Shown here: piece by piece, positions 1-12,486 of the stretch
Layout of the letters: each line of letters begins with the position of its first letter
Position numbering within the stretch: the first letter of the stretch is position 1
NCBI GenBank assembly: GCA_000934665.2
Contig: KZ538318.1
Coordinates: 62,001 to 90,762 of the forward strand
DNA length: 28,762 nucleotides
Direction: 5' to 3'
From: Catajapyx aquilonaris
Taxonomy: Eukaryota
Program-made: the position numbers and the translations under genes
Notes under the pieces: model-generated
What the model was told of the DNA's origin: nothing
Databases searched by the model: none
The model's input: the letters and a program-made list of their open reading frames with translations, nothing else

Positions 1-1278
1 AGTCGTTTTGTGCGATTAAAAGGGGGGCATGAGGACAGTGCCCGTCCTTCACACGGATCGGCTTGTTTTGTATTCCTAAAGGGCGTGTAATTGGAGCGTA
101 ATTTCAGTGACATTTCCCAAGGTGGAGGTTGAGAATCAGTGCACATGATGTCGTTCTGGCTGACCAATCGCGATTTTTCTCATCGATATGACGGGTGTAT
201 GCGTGGACCTCACGGAAGCGTTTCTTGTGAGAAGAGAATGTGGGCCTACATATTAAATAATTGAAGCTTTACGCAATTAGGTTAACAGGACGAATTTGCA
301 TGTCCATATAGCAAGTGGAGTTGAGGAGGCAAAAAGTGAGTAGACGGAATTTTAATTGGGCGGGACCCGCAAAGCTGCCTTTGTTTACGTTCTACAGAAG
401 GCACATAAAAAACGTATGCACATAAATGTTTCATCACGAATTGCAAAGACCACTCCGCAAATAATTATTCCCTCTGTTCCACCTGTAATCTGCTAATGGT
501 TGCTTTGCTGAAGCAACCGGGGAAGGCATTTCGACAAATTGTAAACGAAGATCTTAATATGTGGCACAATTTATGCATTTCTTCATGAGAAAGTTATAGT
601 AGGAGATTATGGTGCGTAATTTTGTGTCATCTGCAACAATTGCGAAACTGAGGCAGATATTTCCAGTAGCAATATCATTCGCGAGTAGGCGACCTTAATT
701 TTATGCTGTCTTATTTGTTGCCGGTCTGCTCATAAGAAAATTATGTAAAGATTGCAGCATACAAGAGCCAGAATACGGTTAATTTGTTAGCACTTGTGGG
801 GTGTTAATTTGCCCCAATTAGGTTCATTTGTGTAGTATTGCGTACTCAATGGCCGAGGACTTTTATTTTTAAATGAATTACATGCTGCTTTTATTATTCC
901 TCGTTGACACTCGTCACATCATGAAGATTGATGGTCGAACCTGACCGGTAGGGATCTTACGGCTGCAATACTGGATATGCGAGAGGAAAGGGTGTCATAT
1001 AGGAAAGTGTGTCTTGATTCATCTGCAGTTGCTGCAACTATGCTGTATAATGATGCCAAGATGCAAGTCACACAAGGTAACAAGGGGAGTATTGCAAATA
1101 TCGCGTTTTGTAACGTCGAGGAGTGATGAACGGCGAGTATTTTTTTAGGTGAAAAATTTAGCCTACATATGTATTGTCATTTATGTATACTGTACCATGT
1201 TTCTTGTACTTACAAGGATTTGGGGGAGGGGACGTCCGGAGGCACTAGATAAGTGTTTTATACCTTGGTACCCATTCC

Positions 1279-1280
<2 letters not shown>

Positions 1281-1307
<27 letters not shown>
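1281..1307 (+). repeat. (GTT)9 microsatellite
   Basis: Read directly from the sequence. Confidence 0.95.
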
Positions 1308-1309
<2 letters not shown>

Positions 1310-4300
1310 CTTCCTTTTAATTTATACTTTAGTATATAGTGAAACTTGAGTAAGGAATGCTACCAAACGGGTGTAAAACAACAGGTAAAGAGAAGTGCGG
1401 CCGGATAGTTGGGAAGGAAGACATAAAACGAGTTAGTATAATCAGGAATCTCCGGATTTTCCGTTCCATTTTTTCCCTAATAATCGAAAAATTAAATGCA
1501 TATCTACTACATAGTTTACACGAAGATTCTGCCCATAGATAGCTGGTCACGCTTCCAAAGGCAGCAGTTGAACCTGAACCTATTATTGTTCCCCTTTGCC
1601 ATTATCGCCACCATTAAAAATCCCTGACCCAAATTAAAGTGTAAGTGAGGCAGCCATGAGAAAAGAAACAAAAGGAAAAATGTGAGGAAGTGAGTGACAG
1701 GTGTGAAAGGAGAGGGTGTTAGTGCAGTTGAACCATACTTAGTGCGGGTCAGGTTCAACTCACGGAAGAGAGGAGGGGGTAAAAAGAAGGAGGGGGGGGG
1801 GAGGGGGGGAAGAAAAAAAAGAAACGGTGCCAGAAACATACTAGGGCCAGCAGACAATCGGGTGTGGGTAAAAATAGCTGTTCGAATCAGGCCGAGAGCT
1901 ATTGTAGGTCGAGAGAGAGAAAAGAGAGGGAAAAACGCCCAATCTCAAGGGGTGTCTAATGAGTTTTCGGTGGGAACCTGTTGTGCTGGATCAGGAAGAC
2001 ATATCTTGTTTGTACTCGATTGGACGTACTGCATGGATTTGAAGCTTTCAAGTGAAAGAGATGTATAAGAAAGAGGAGGGGAGGAAAAGCGTGCTCATTT
2101 TGGACACCTTTCACTGCGGTCGTGACGATGATTATGTAACTTGATTGTCGGGTATATGCTAACGTCGGAGCGTTAAAAAAAGTTTGGTAATTGGGAGAGT
2201 AACATATTCGGTACACATATTACGTGACGATGTTGTTAGCAGGTTTGCTGGTGTTAAAATGTTTTTGAGCGCCCGACGATGTGTTTTCCTCGGGATTGTT
2301 ACATTGCGACAAAGTAGAGGGCATGTGCGGGCTCGTGGACGCCCACGAAGGTCATGTGGATAATTCGAAAGTTCGACGTACCTGGCTCGTCCGACGTTAT
2401 GTAACGCCGTCTCTCCGTAATGTCACGCACCATAACACGCGCGAATTATTGCAGAATTTATCCCATATACATGGGAATACCGACGGATATAATGATGGAG
2501 ATTACATCTAAATCATATAACATCTTGGGAACAAGTGATGTCTCTGACCAGTAAAATTATTCGAGTGAAACAACATTGAAATGTGACGATAAGCAGATGG
2601 CATATGTTGGCGTAACACCTGCCAGCTCGTCTGTAAAATTTCACAAAATTCTGTTTCACCTGCGTTTTTCAAGGTAAATATTGCTTGGCACACAGGTTGG
2701 ATTTTTTCCCCCTTGCATCAGGCAGTGATGCGCACCTGGTATGCAACAAAGAGGATTTCGCTTTGTCTGCAAAGTAACTCATTCGTATGTGCCAGCCAAA
2801 GAGAAGGTGGGGTTGGAGGGGAGGCAAAGGCTAGATTTAGTGCTGGACTATGCAACTTTGCTGGAGGGGTTTGGGGGGTATACTTGCAACTCACTATACG
2901 ATAGTTGCGGTGTGGTTATTCGCATCATCTTCGAATCATAACGAGCTTGATGTGTAACGGGAGCAGCATTTTTGCACCTGATTGTGGTGCACTTTTATTG
3001 CCTTTAGGGAAGATACCGTAGGAGGCTGCATGTTGTTTCTGTGATAGAATGCAGCCTTTTTTGCATGATGAAGGTTCGGATTTGTTTTTACAGTAGCGTA
3101 ATAATTTTCAAGAGTTTTCTCTCCATGAACACTTTTTGCACGGTGCATACTGTAGACTTCATATTAAACTACAAATTACCGCAATATTTATAGAACACTC
3201 GAGTTATAAGTGCCGGATTGTGCCAGGAGCATTAATTAATTCAGCTGCTTGCATCGGTCATTACCAAATTAGAAAATGGGCGATGGAGGACGGATGCGAC
3301 GTAGCCGCCAAGTCTCTCTGTCGCCGTGACATCTCACTTTCACAGGGAGTCCCGTATACGGCTCATTCCGTCACACTACAAGGCGTACACGCACATAACG
3401 CACAATTTGGTCCGTTGCACATGGGTCGGGGTAAGCGCTGCCAGCATACCAGAATGACATTGCCATTATGGACAAGGCCGAAATAAATCGGTTTGCCCTT
3501 TACTTTTTCGGATAAGGGAAGACGGGGGCCTCTCCCACCTCCTTTTTTGATGCTCCGTACGTCCTTCAATATAATATGCACGAAACGCCAGTATCACAAT
3601 TGTGCAAGTAGGCTAATTAGTAGTTCGCGTAAATAGCGGATTCTTTAGTAAATAGAGTACAGGCTCCTCCTCATTTCTGCAAGCGCCTTTTAAAGAGGAT
3701 TATCATTACGTCACGCCTTACAGCCTACTTTGTATACTTTCCCCTAGAAGTATTAGATTGCGATGGGCCGAATTCATTGACGGACATTTTTTTTCTGAGG
3801 TAACAGCGTCTATAGTGAATGCCAGTTGCTATTGTATGGGGGTCCAAAGTGTGAAGGAAAGTTTAAAGTGAAAGGGTTCCTTGGATTGGAAGGGTCTGCA
3901 CGTGTGATTGCACATGTTTGGATCTACGGGTTTCGTCACGTTTTGTTGAAATTCAAGCCCATGCGATAATACACGCCACCAAGTGCGAGAGAGAGAAAAA
4001 AGTGGATCATGCAACGATGGTGGAACTTTTAAAATGCATTTCGTCCAAATTTAGAGCGGCCCTAAAAATAAAATTAAAAATTAAAAATAGTCGGCCGAGT
4101 ATAGGACGTGATCTATCCCACCGACCGGATTTAGCGATGCTGCGGGGGTCTCTCTCTCTTTCCTCTATCGATTTCGGCCCGACTCATGTTCCTTTAAATT
4201 GGGGGGATTTTGGGCCCGGCAGCAGGGCCAAAATTCCGGGCGGTTCCCACACCTACTACCCCCGAAAATTCGTGGGTCGGGGCCATCCGGGTCATTTTGA

Positions 4301-7300
4301 GGGCCAGCAGGATTTTTTGGAAGCTCTGTGTAGTCCCGTGTCTTCTCCTGATGATGCCAAGAACGCACAGGTCGAGGATGGTCAGCATGCAGGATAATAA
4401 GGGGAAATGCTGCAATTTGCTGGCACGCAAGGCGCTTTTTTTCCTGTCTCCTGGAGATTTCGATTAGCTTTGTATCGATTATGGCGGGGGATTCTCCTAT
4501 TGCGTCGCGGCCGGCATCAGGGGCGCTGTACCGGCGCACAGTCATGACCGACTTTTCTGGAGAAAACTGGAAGATATTGAATTTGGATGACCTGTTTAAA
4601 AATCGCTAATGTACCACCGGAACATCAAGACAGTCTGTCGGTTAATGAATTGGGCTATAAACAAGTGCTGTTCTAAACTTGGTAAGATGTCATTTAAATG
4701 TAACCCTCCTTGTAGGTCACGGTTTGCACTTAATCATGAATTTGTGTTAAAGTGGTATACCATTTTAAGAGTATTATTATTTAGATTATTCAGTATTTAG
4801 AAAGTATTTGGCATATAATAGTTACGTCACAAACTCCGCCTGTGAATCGGAGAATGGTTTTTGTGATGAAGTGGCATCATCTACGAATTTATATTCTCAC
4901 TTTTCTTTATAAGTAAGCTTGTGGATTCAGTCCTTAGTTTCATGCAACGAGGATGGTTGTATCATCGTTATGGCCATGATGTTGAAAGCCAAATTTACTG
5001 GCAGATTGTTCGGATGTGTGTATTGGCTCTGCTGCATGGGAATACGCGTGACCTTCCGGATTTGTGCAATGCCTTTCATTTCTGAGGGTTTATGCCAGGA
5101 TTTCTGGCCTACTGTGCGCCGTTGACATGCTCCTGATTTCCATTCAAAGAAAGTGAACCTGGCCGAAGGTCTCCCAGGTTTGACGTGACTCGATGTCGAA
5201 GGCTTGATAATGAGCACGTGCCGGTTTTTGCAAGGTCGCGTAAAGCCCGTGACTGACCTACGACATAAGATATAGGAAAGGAGAGAGGAGGTATAGGGGG
5301 AGAGGATGTCGTGTGTTGGTTGTAGTACCCTACATACCTTTCTCTAGGGACATGCACTGCTGCTAAGGACATTTTTATTGTTGTGTTTTTTTTGTGTGTG
5401 TAAGGTGTCACGAATAGTTACAGCGTAGGTCTATTGTGGAAACATGCTGCTGAACTGTGTAAATGCTGACTTCACCACATGCATAGGCGTGTATCGGTTT
5501 TGGGAGATAGGAAGATAATTCAAGAGATATATCCTCAGGTGTAAACTGCGTGTCAACTAAATTAGGGGGCATTAGCTTCGAAAAAATACCTGTGAAATGT
5601 ATGCAAGGGTTCAAGGTCGCGGTGACCTTCGGGTGCCCAGCTAATGTCCAGGCCCCCCCGATCACTTTAGCGTGGTTGACGCGTAGTTTGGAGTCCTTGA
5701 GACATAGGTGATTGCAGCAGTGAATATTTACCTGTAAGCTGCCACACCCGTGGAGCTTGACCGGCTACATTGTGTATGCATACGTTACGAGAACAATGGC
5801 CCGGCATTAAATAACTTATCACAGTTTGTTACTGCCGGACTCGCTTTTTATTCCGGAATGGGCGGGAATTACTTTTTTTCTTCTTCTAGATCTGTAAGTT
5901 TCCGGCGTTTCCCTTCTCGTGAGAAGAGATAAGGTATCAGGTCCTTTCCCTGCCGTAACATGCGTTTTCTGGAATAATTTTTGTGCCGCACTTTTATTTT
6001 CTGCCGACCTCCGGTGTGTGTCGTGTGTCGTGTTTGGGTTGGCAACTGCGCATCCTAAGCAAGTGTTAACCTCAAACTCTCCGTTATGCAAATTGATTAT
6101 TTCACGTAACAAACGGGCGCCGCGGTGAATATGAGCAGGATAAATATACAGTAAACGCTTGCGTGCTTCCGGGCCGGAAATATATGAGGAAGTGCCACCG
6201 GGATTGACGTATATGCAAATAAGGTGTCAGGTAGTGTCCTTCATATGAAATGCGACAATTGTAATTGCTTTGAAATAACATGCAGGATTTTGCAGGGGCG
6301 TATGAGTAAACCAAGTTGGCGGTTGTGAATGAAATTTCTGGGAAAGTGTGGGTGTTCTTGGTGGCGTCACAACCGGGTCTAAAATAGGATCGATATAGTA
6401 GAAGGCGTGTAGGGTACAGTACATTGTGATGAGGAGGATGATGCCTTTTCGCTTTATTTTTATATGATTTTTTATTAAACCGCACTTCCTAGTGCATGGA
6501 AAGGAAGAGGATTTTTCCGCAGTGCAGACACTAACATGGGAAACACTCTTCCAACATCCTCAAGCCCGCCCTTTTTTCTCTCTCTCCGGGGGTCTCCTCT
6601 TCTCTTTTCAATTGTAGGCGAAGAAATTTTGGCGATCAGCCACGCAATTTTCACTGCCGGGGGAAAATGTCGGACGTTTTCTGGCACATGCAGAAAACCG
6701 AGGATCTTTGCAGGAAAAACTTGGACAGAAAAAAAAGGGTGAATCTGTATGCGCACACGCTGCAACCGCATTATGCAGCTTCCGAGTACTATGCGCAAAA
6801 CAGGTTCTAACTACGAATGACGACTGGGAATAACAGACAGGTGTGTTACGCGCAAGTTACATGCGGGGAAGTCTCATACCCTATAACCTTTTAGACAGTT
6901 TGTCAACGTAAAGGTGGCTTATGCAATGACGCAGGGTCCTGCGAATAAAATGCGTTACAGGCCTATAACCGAAGTTGGTATTAACAGGTGTGTGGAACCA
7001 AGCAGGATGATGTCACTTTGATAAATTACCTATAAGGAATAATTACACCTTTCAGTGTCAAGCATGAGCTGAATTAGTGAATCTCTCCAAGATGCCGAAT
7101 TAATGAATTATATTGTGATCGTCTATATGGAGAACACAGCATTGTGAGCAGCCCCATAGTTCCCAAGTTTTTTTTTGTGTGTACATAACGTTTCAGAAAT
7201 CCATTGAGAAAGTTGCTTACCTGCTAAAATTAATGAACTTCTAGCGCTTTGAGAGGTCAATTATTTTGATGTAAAGGCTGCCAGTCCGCAAGTATGCAAT

Positions 7301-8171
7301 TATTATCGGATAACGGAATTGGATTGAATAATTTTGCAACATGCTCTTTCATAAGTCTGCGAAACTTTGTAACTTTTAACCCATCGATTGTTGGGGTATT
7401 CATAGAAGATGTCTTGTTAATTTTTGTGTGGGTTAGTGCCTTCTACATCCAAACCATTGATTTTACAGTGCAGCACCTGGGGGGAGCTCACTGAATTACT
7501 CCTCAGAAACAAACTTTAAGAATAGCACAGATGTCAGCAGATTGTGGAATTGAGAATTTCTGTGAACTGAAAGCTGGTCATTTAACCTGTGCTTTATTGT
7601 GTTCCGAGCCCACATCCCAGATCGCAATCGGTTTCAATACGAATATAAAGGGGCTTTATTACACCCTGTCAGTCCCTTAGCGTGATTATGCAGCATGTCA
7701 ATTACAGTACCGGTACTTGGGAAATTTTTCGCTTGCCAGTGAAAGGACTGCCTGTCACTGCCAGCTCTTTACCAGAAGAGGAAGAATCAACATGATCATG
7801 CTGTGTTAAATGCCGACGAAAAGGGAAAAGAATCTTATTAGCCCTTATGTGCACATCACGTCCAATCTCTGGAATGCCAAAGCAGCAGCAGTGTGCACAG
7901 TTACACTTATTGTTGACTTTTATCATGCTGGTGACTTTTCATGCTGAGTGATTCTTATTGGAAAGTTGACTTTTGCTGAGAGAAAATAAGCACGAAAAAT
8001 TTACATAAGCAACCTAAGAATTAATATCACGTACTGTATGCTGTGGTACATGGTACTGTAATGAATGGCCTGACCTTTCAAGGTCTCTAGGCAAAGGGTG
8101 AAGGCAAAAAGAGAGAATGGTAGAGAGGACTTGAAAAAAATACACTAATTGGCATGGGTTCTGCATTTCAG

Positions 8172-8429
8172 ACGCTGATCAACATGGCATATTGCTGTCT
8201 CATACTGTTGGGCAAGTTCATCCAGAGGCTGGTGTTTGGAGAGCTGCGGGTGTCAGAGCAGCAGCACATCAAAGACAAATTCTGGAACTTTGTCTTCTAC
8301 AAGTTCATCTTTATCTTTGGGGTCATCAATGTGCAGTTCATGGATGAGGTGGTCCTCTGGTGCTCCTGGTTCTCTGTCCTTGGATTCCTCCACCTGCTCA
8401 CTCAGCTCTGCAAGGATCGCTTTGAATAC
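8172..8429 (+). CDS. AMFR: AMFR/gp78 E3 ligase, first coding exon visible in the window (TM region; TLINMAYCC...LCKDRFEY)
   Basis: Translation matches the gp78 segment VFGxLRVSExQHxKDKFWNFxFYKFIFIFGV...QLCKDRFEY. Acceptor tttcag ends 8171, donor gtaagc at 8430; 258 nt, phase 0/0. Confidence 0.96.
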
Positions 8430-8796
8430 GTAAGCTCTTAACCTGTAATTACTGGTAGCCTATAGTTAACCTCATTCAATGTGAATCATGAGCATGATGT
8501 GATTAGTTTGAACCTTTTACTGTGTTGGCTGGGGAAATGCCCTTTTATCAGATCAAATGCGATGTGAAACTGAAAGTACAAAAAGATGACTACATTTGTA
8601 TAGTTTTTTGTATGAATTCACCTGGAAGGTTACTTGTTTATGCAACTGGCGTGTTGCATTTTAAGATTTCTTAACCGACAACTTCAGATCTGTTAGTGAA
8701 TGGACAGGTACTTGGAATGTTGAAACAGATACTTTAAAAAAATCTGTAATACTGTTGTAGAAGATGAGGTTTTTAACCAGTTGATTGGTTCTGGAG

Positions 8797-8992
8797 AAGC
8801 GTTTCTCAACCTTTTTACCCTTGTGGAGCCCTTGAAATAATGTTCATGTCTCAGGGAACCCCGCTGCATAAAAATTATTATACAGTATATCAATTAACGG
8901 CTTAAAATACATTGACATACATTAGCGTATTCATCACTATTTCTTGTGGAACCCCCAGCAATTGCTCGTGGAACCCCGGTTGAGAAATGCAG
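8797..8992. mobile_element. hAT (Charlie/Buster-type) MITE in an AMFR intron
   Basis: TIRs aagcgtttctcaacc / ggttgagaaatgcag; 8-bp flanks ttctggag / ctctagag (6/8 match, NTCTAGAN-like); repeated subterminal ggaacccc. Confidence 0.85.
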
Positions 8993-9686
8993 CTCTAGAG
9001 TATAGTGCATATAATCAAACTCGATAAGTAGGGCACAGGTGATTGGATTACTGAAAATGTGCCAAATTGTTGCATCATGTACCATTTATGAAGGTAACGT
9101 CTGAATTTTCCTCCTAATTGAAGGTGTTTCTTGGTTCCAGTGCCCTGGAATACACAGTAATAGGATTGTTAATAGTGTGACACTTGCATGATTCCTGCAT
9201 TTGAGTATTTATGATAATTAATTTCATGGTTATCTCAAAAGAGTTGAAAGTATTCAGGTGCTCAGGTTTAGTTTTGAAACCTGAAAAGAAATGGAGTTAA
9301 CACCAAGGGCATGTGCGCTGATAATTGACCTGTTGGGTTAACCAGGAGCATTGGTTGTCACTGTGTTGCCCAGTGGCTCAAAGAGTCGGCATAAGTAAAG
9401 TTCACCTAGTCCCTGTATGCTTAGCAGAACACTAGCATACCTTACATGTCAGTTAGAGCAGCACAACTGTGCATCAGTTTCAACAAAATTGTTTCCCATT
9501 GCCTCTTGCATGAGCCAGCCCATTCAGGTTATACTCTTATGGTGTTGAATTTCTCATGCCCATGATGCTGATTTCCTAACCTACCTCAGTGTAACAGGCC
9601 TTGAACAAAAATTACTTTTACTATACTGTGAGTGTGCTTGGAATGTTAATGTAGATTTTTTTTATTTGTCTATCTTCATGTTTCAG

Positions 9687-9839
9687 TTGTCCTTCTCACC
9701 AACAACGCCACGATGGAGTCACATCCGCCTGCTGACTCTCCTCGCTGCAATTCTCGGAGTCTCAGGCCTTCTCTTCCTTATTTGTGCCACAGTTGGATTT
9801 TATGCTGGACTCAACACCTTTGCTTTTATGGCAGCCGAG
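9687..9839 (+). CDS. AMFR: AMFR exon (LSFSPTTP...NTFAFMAAE), TM region
   Basis: LSFSPTTP and AFMAAE motifs as in gp78. Acceptor tttcag, donor gtactg at 9840; 153 nt, phase 0/0. Confidence 0.96.
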
Positions 9840-10765
9840 GTACTGTACTTCACTGAGAACAACCTCATGTCACTATTTTTAAATGATATTGCATGTAATA
9901 TCACAGGATTTTGCACAATTGCTTTCATGATACTGCCTGAAGACTTGGAGGGTGGGGGGGAGATGCTTGGAATTACCTCGTTCGTGAGAACATGAGGTCC
10001 TTGACAGACCTGTTGCCATCTCAGTTACATAAAATGTACACCACGAGAAGGTGAAGGATAAAAAGTTGCTAAAAAAAATCTTAAGTGGGTAAGAGATGAA
10101 AATATTTGATCCAAGGTCTTCTCTCCAATCATAGTCTTAGTTTATTGTCAGTATAATGAGGTTGGTTGGTCATCTTCTTTTCGGTTCATGGATACCCAGT
10201 CACACTTGAGTTGACCTAGTTAGCCTCCAATGGTGGAAGGGAAGGAAAAAACTCAATCTTGTAGTTGACCTTCCCGTAAGAGCTAACTCCCACTTTTAGT
10301 GTACTCCTGAAAACTACTTGATTGTTGCATGACTAGGGATGCACTTATGAGAACATTAATTATATACATAATTACTTTTTGTGACTGACAGACCTTTGAT
10401 TGAAAGGAAATATTTAGGGCAAGGAAGTCAACATTTTAAACGACATGTATGTTAAATTTGTGTGCTTTTTACTTTTCTTCTTGGGAAGGCATGCAGGGAT
10501 GAGCATGGGATATGTAGAAGGGCAGAAAGGCCTGCACGTGAGCCTTGAATACTGTACAATATTGGTAAATTGATAGATAATATTGCTTATGTGTTCTGTT
10601 GTGCAGACAGGTCACTCCTTCCACCCTTTCACTTCCCTCATTGGTAACTGCCTTCCCAAAATCCCCCAAAAATACATGGTCAATCTCCATTCAAATTATT
10701 CAAATTTAATGCTATTATTACTAATATACTGAAATGTTTGATGATGATCTCATCTCTTCCTGCAG

Positions 10766-11073
10766 TGTGTGCTTCTGAAAGTGCGTACTTTATTCGTGAT
10801 GGTGAGGTATGCCCTGCATCTGTATGACCTGAGTCACGAGGGTCCCTGGGAGCAGAGGGGAACCTACATGTACTACACAGAGCTGGTGTTTGAGCTGGCT
10901 GCCCTTGCCATAGACCTGGTTCATCACCTTCACATGCTGCTGTGGAGCAACATATTTCTCTCTATGGCCTCACTGGTCATCTGCATGCAACTCAGGTTTC
11001 TCTTCTATGAGATTCAAAGGAGGCTCAAGAAGCACAAGAACTACCTGAGGGTTGTCTGGCATGTAGAGAGAAA
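10766..11073 (+). CDS. AMFR: AMFR exon (CVLLKVRT...HKNYLRVVWHVER), last TM segments
   Basis: LSMASLVICMQLR and HKNYLRVV motifs. Acceptor ctgcag, donor gtgagt at 11074; 308 nt, phase 0/2. Confidence 0.96.
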
Positions 11074-12013
11074 GTGAGTTCTTCTTACCCTCCATTGTTG
11101 TTCACTAGAGCTCCTGGGTTCTGGAGCATTCAATTATGCATTGGCTGACTTGCTAGTGGAATGTAAATACTTCATGTGCATCTCTTATTATTGAATTTAG
11201 ATGTAATCATACCTGAATGACCTTATTACCATCACACCATGGGAATAGAATTTGTACAGATGTTCTGGTTCACCCCTCATAGAGGGCACTTCAACCTTCA
11301 CTTGAAGGTTTTCATGGAGCATACAATAATTTAATTGGCAGAAATTTTTCTCATAGTGATTATTTATCACACACTTATTGTGGTCGAGAAGTGACATGTT
11401 CATGAGAATAATTTGATTTATTGCAAGGACCATTCCCATGGATGAAACAGCTTGTATGAAAATGCCATAGAAATGAGTATTAAATGAGTACAATGTTCTG
11501 GTCTGAGCTCTGGCAGAAGGAGTTTCTTGACTAGATTTTTATACAATTAGGAGTATATTTGAATTTTAAAAATGTGTAAATTGAAGGTTCTATATCTGCA
11601 GCAAAAAAAAAAGAATAAGAAGTTTATGAGTTAGTGATATTTAAAATGTGGGAGAAGAATCATTCACACTACGAACTTATCTGCCCGATTTTAGATTTAG
11701 GTTGTGTCTCCTTTTGAGATTATAATATGATGCAGTAGGTTCTGTAAAGAATTATTAATGCTACTCAAGAATTGAATTACCATAATGCATGCAAACACAC
11801 ATGTCTCTGATTTGCATTATTACACTGATATTTATTAAGCAATTTCTATTCAGTTGTGCTATCATCCTCAAATTAAAGCAAAGAAATGCAGTGGCAAATT
11901 GTAAAATAATATTTCAAGGCTAAAATTGATTGTTGTTGTTGTGGATTTGTCTTGCGAGGATCTTTTGAGTTTTGAAAGTTTCCTTGTAGTATTAAGTATA
12001 GTTTTGTTCATTA

Positions 12014-12302
12014 ACCGAAGCAGTAGTGGTGGAGTGGTATGGTGTCCGACTGCTAATCGGGAGGTCCTGGGTTCGAATCCCGGAGGCCGGCGACCCTGAT
12101 CATGGTTTTCTGTGGTTTCCCATGGTCATCGCAGGATAATTCCGGGGTCGTTACCGTAATTATAGGCCACAGCCGCTTCCTTCCTTACCTATCCTTGCCT
12201 CAATTCCGATGAAAAAGTATAGTAAAAATGGAAAGAGTTCCAGACAAAAAATTGGGAGAAATCCCCCCCTAATAAAGCCCAAAGGGCTGATAATGGGGTA
12301 TC

Positions 12303-12329
<27 letters not shown>
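12014..12329 (+). mobile_element. Full-length tRNA-derived SINE with (TAT)n tail
   Basis: A box tggtggagtgg and B box ggttcgaatcc; central ggttttctgtggtttccc...aggccacagccgcttccttcc block typical of arthropod SINEs; (TAT)~9 tail; 17-bp TSD tatagttttgttcatta at 11997-12013 and 12330-12346. Confidence 0.93.
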
Positions 12330-12337
<8 letters not shown>

Positions 12338-12486
12338 TGTTCATTACTTCATCTGGCATCTTTGCCTTTGTAGATACTACATCCATATTGCCAACTTTTT
12401 GAAACTATATCTTTTTAGTGTAAGTCATACTCTCAGCATGCATACCTCATAATTGGTTAGCATGCTACATTTTTGTCGTGTTTCAG

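Noticed and set aside
1221..1307. 3' end of a retroposon with a (GTT)n tail
   Set aside because: No TSD or recognisable head or ORF; reported only as a microsatellite.
4481..4498. MAGDSP resembling the AdoMetDC uORF MAGDIS
   Set aside because: Only four residues match, the ORF is 42 codons long, and no AdoMetDC coding sequence follows.
1149..7926. Many 60-160 aa ORFs upstream of AMFR (e.g. 3918-4397, 1694-2068)
   Set aside because: No recognisable domains, low complexity or overlapping on both strands; consistent with chance ORFs.
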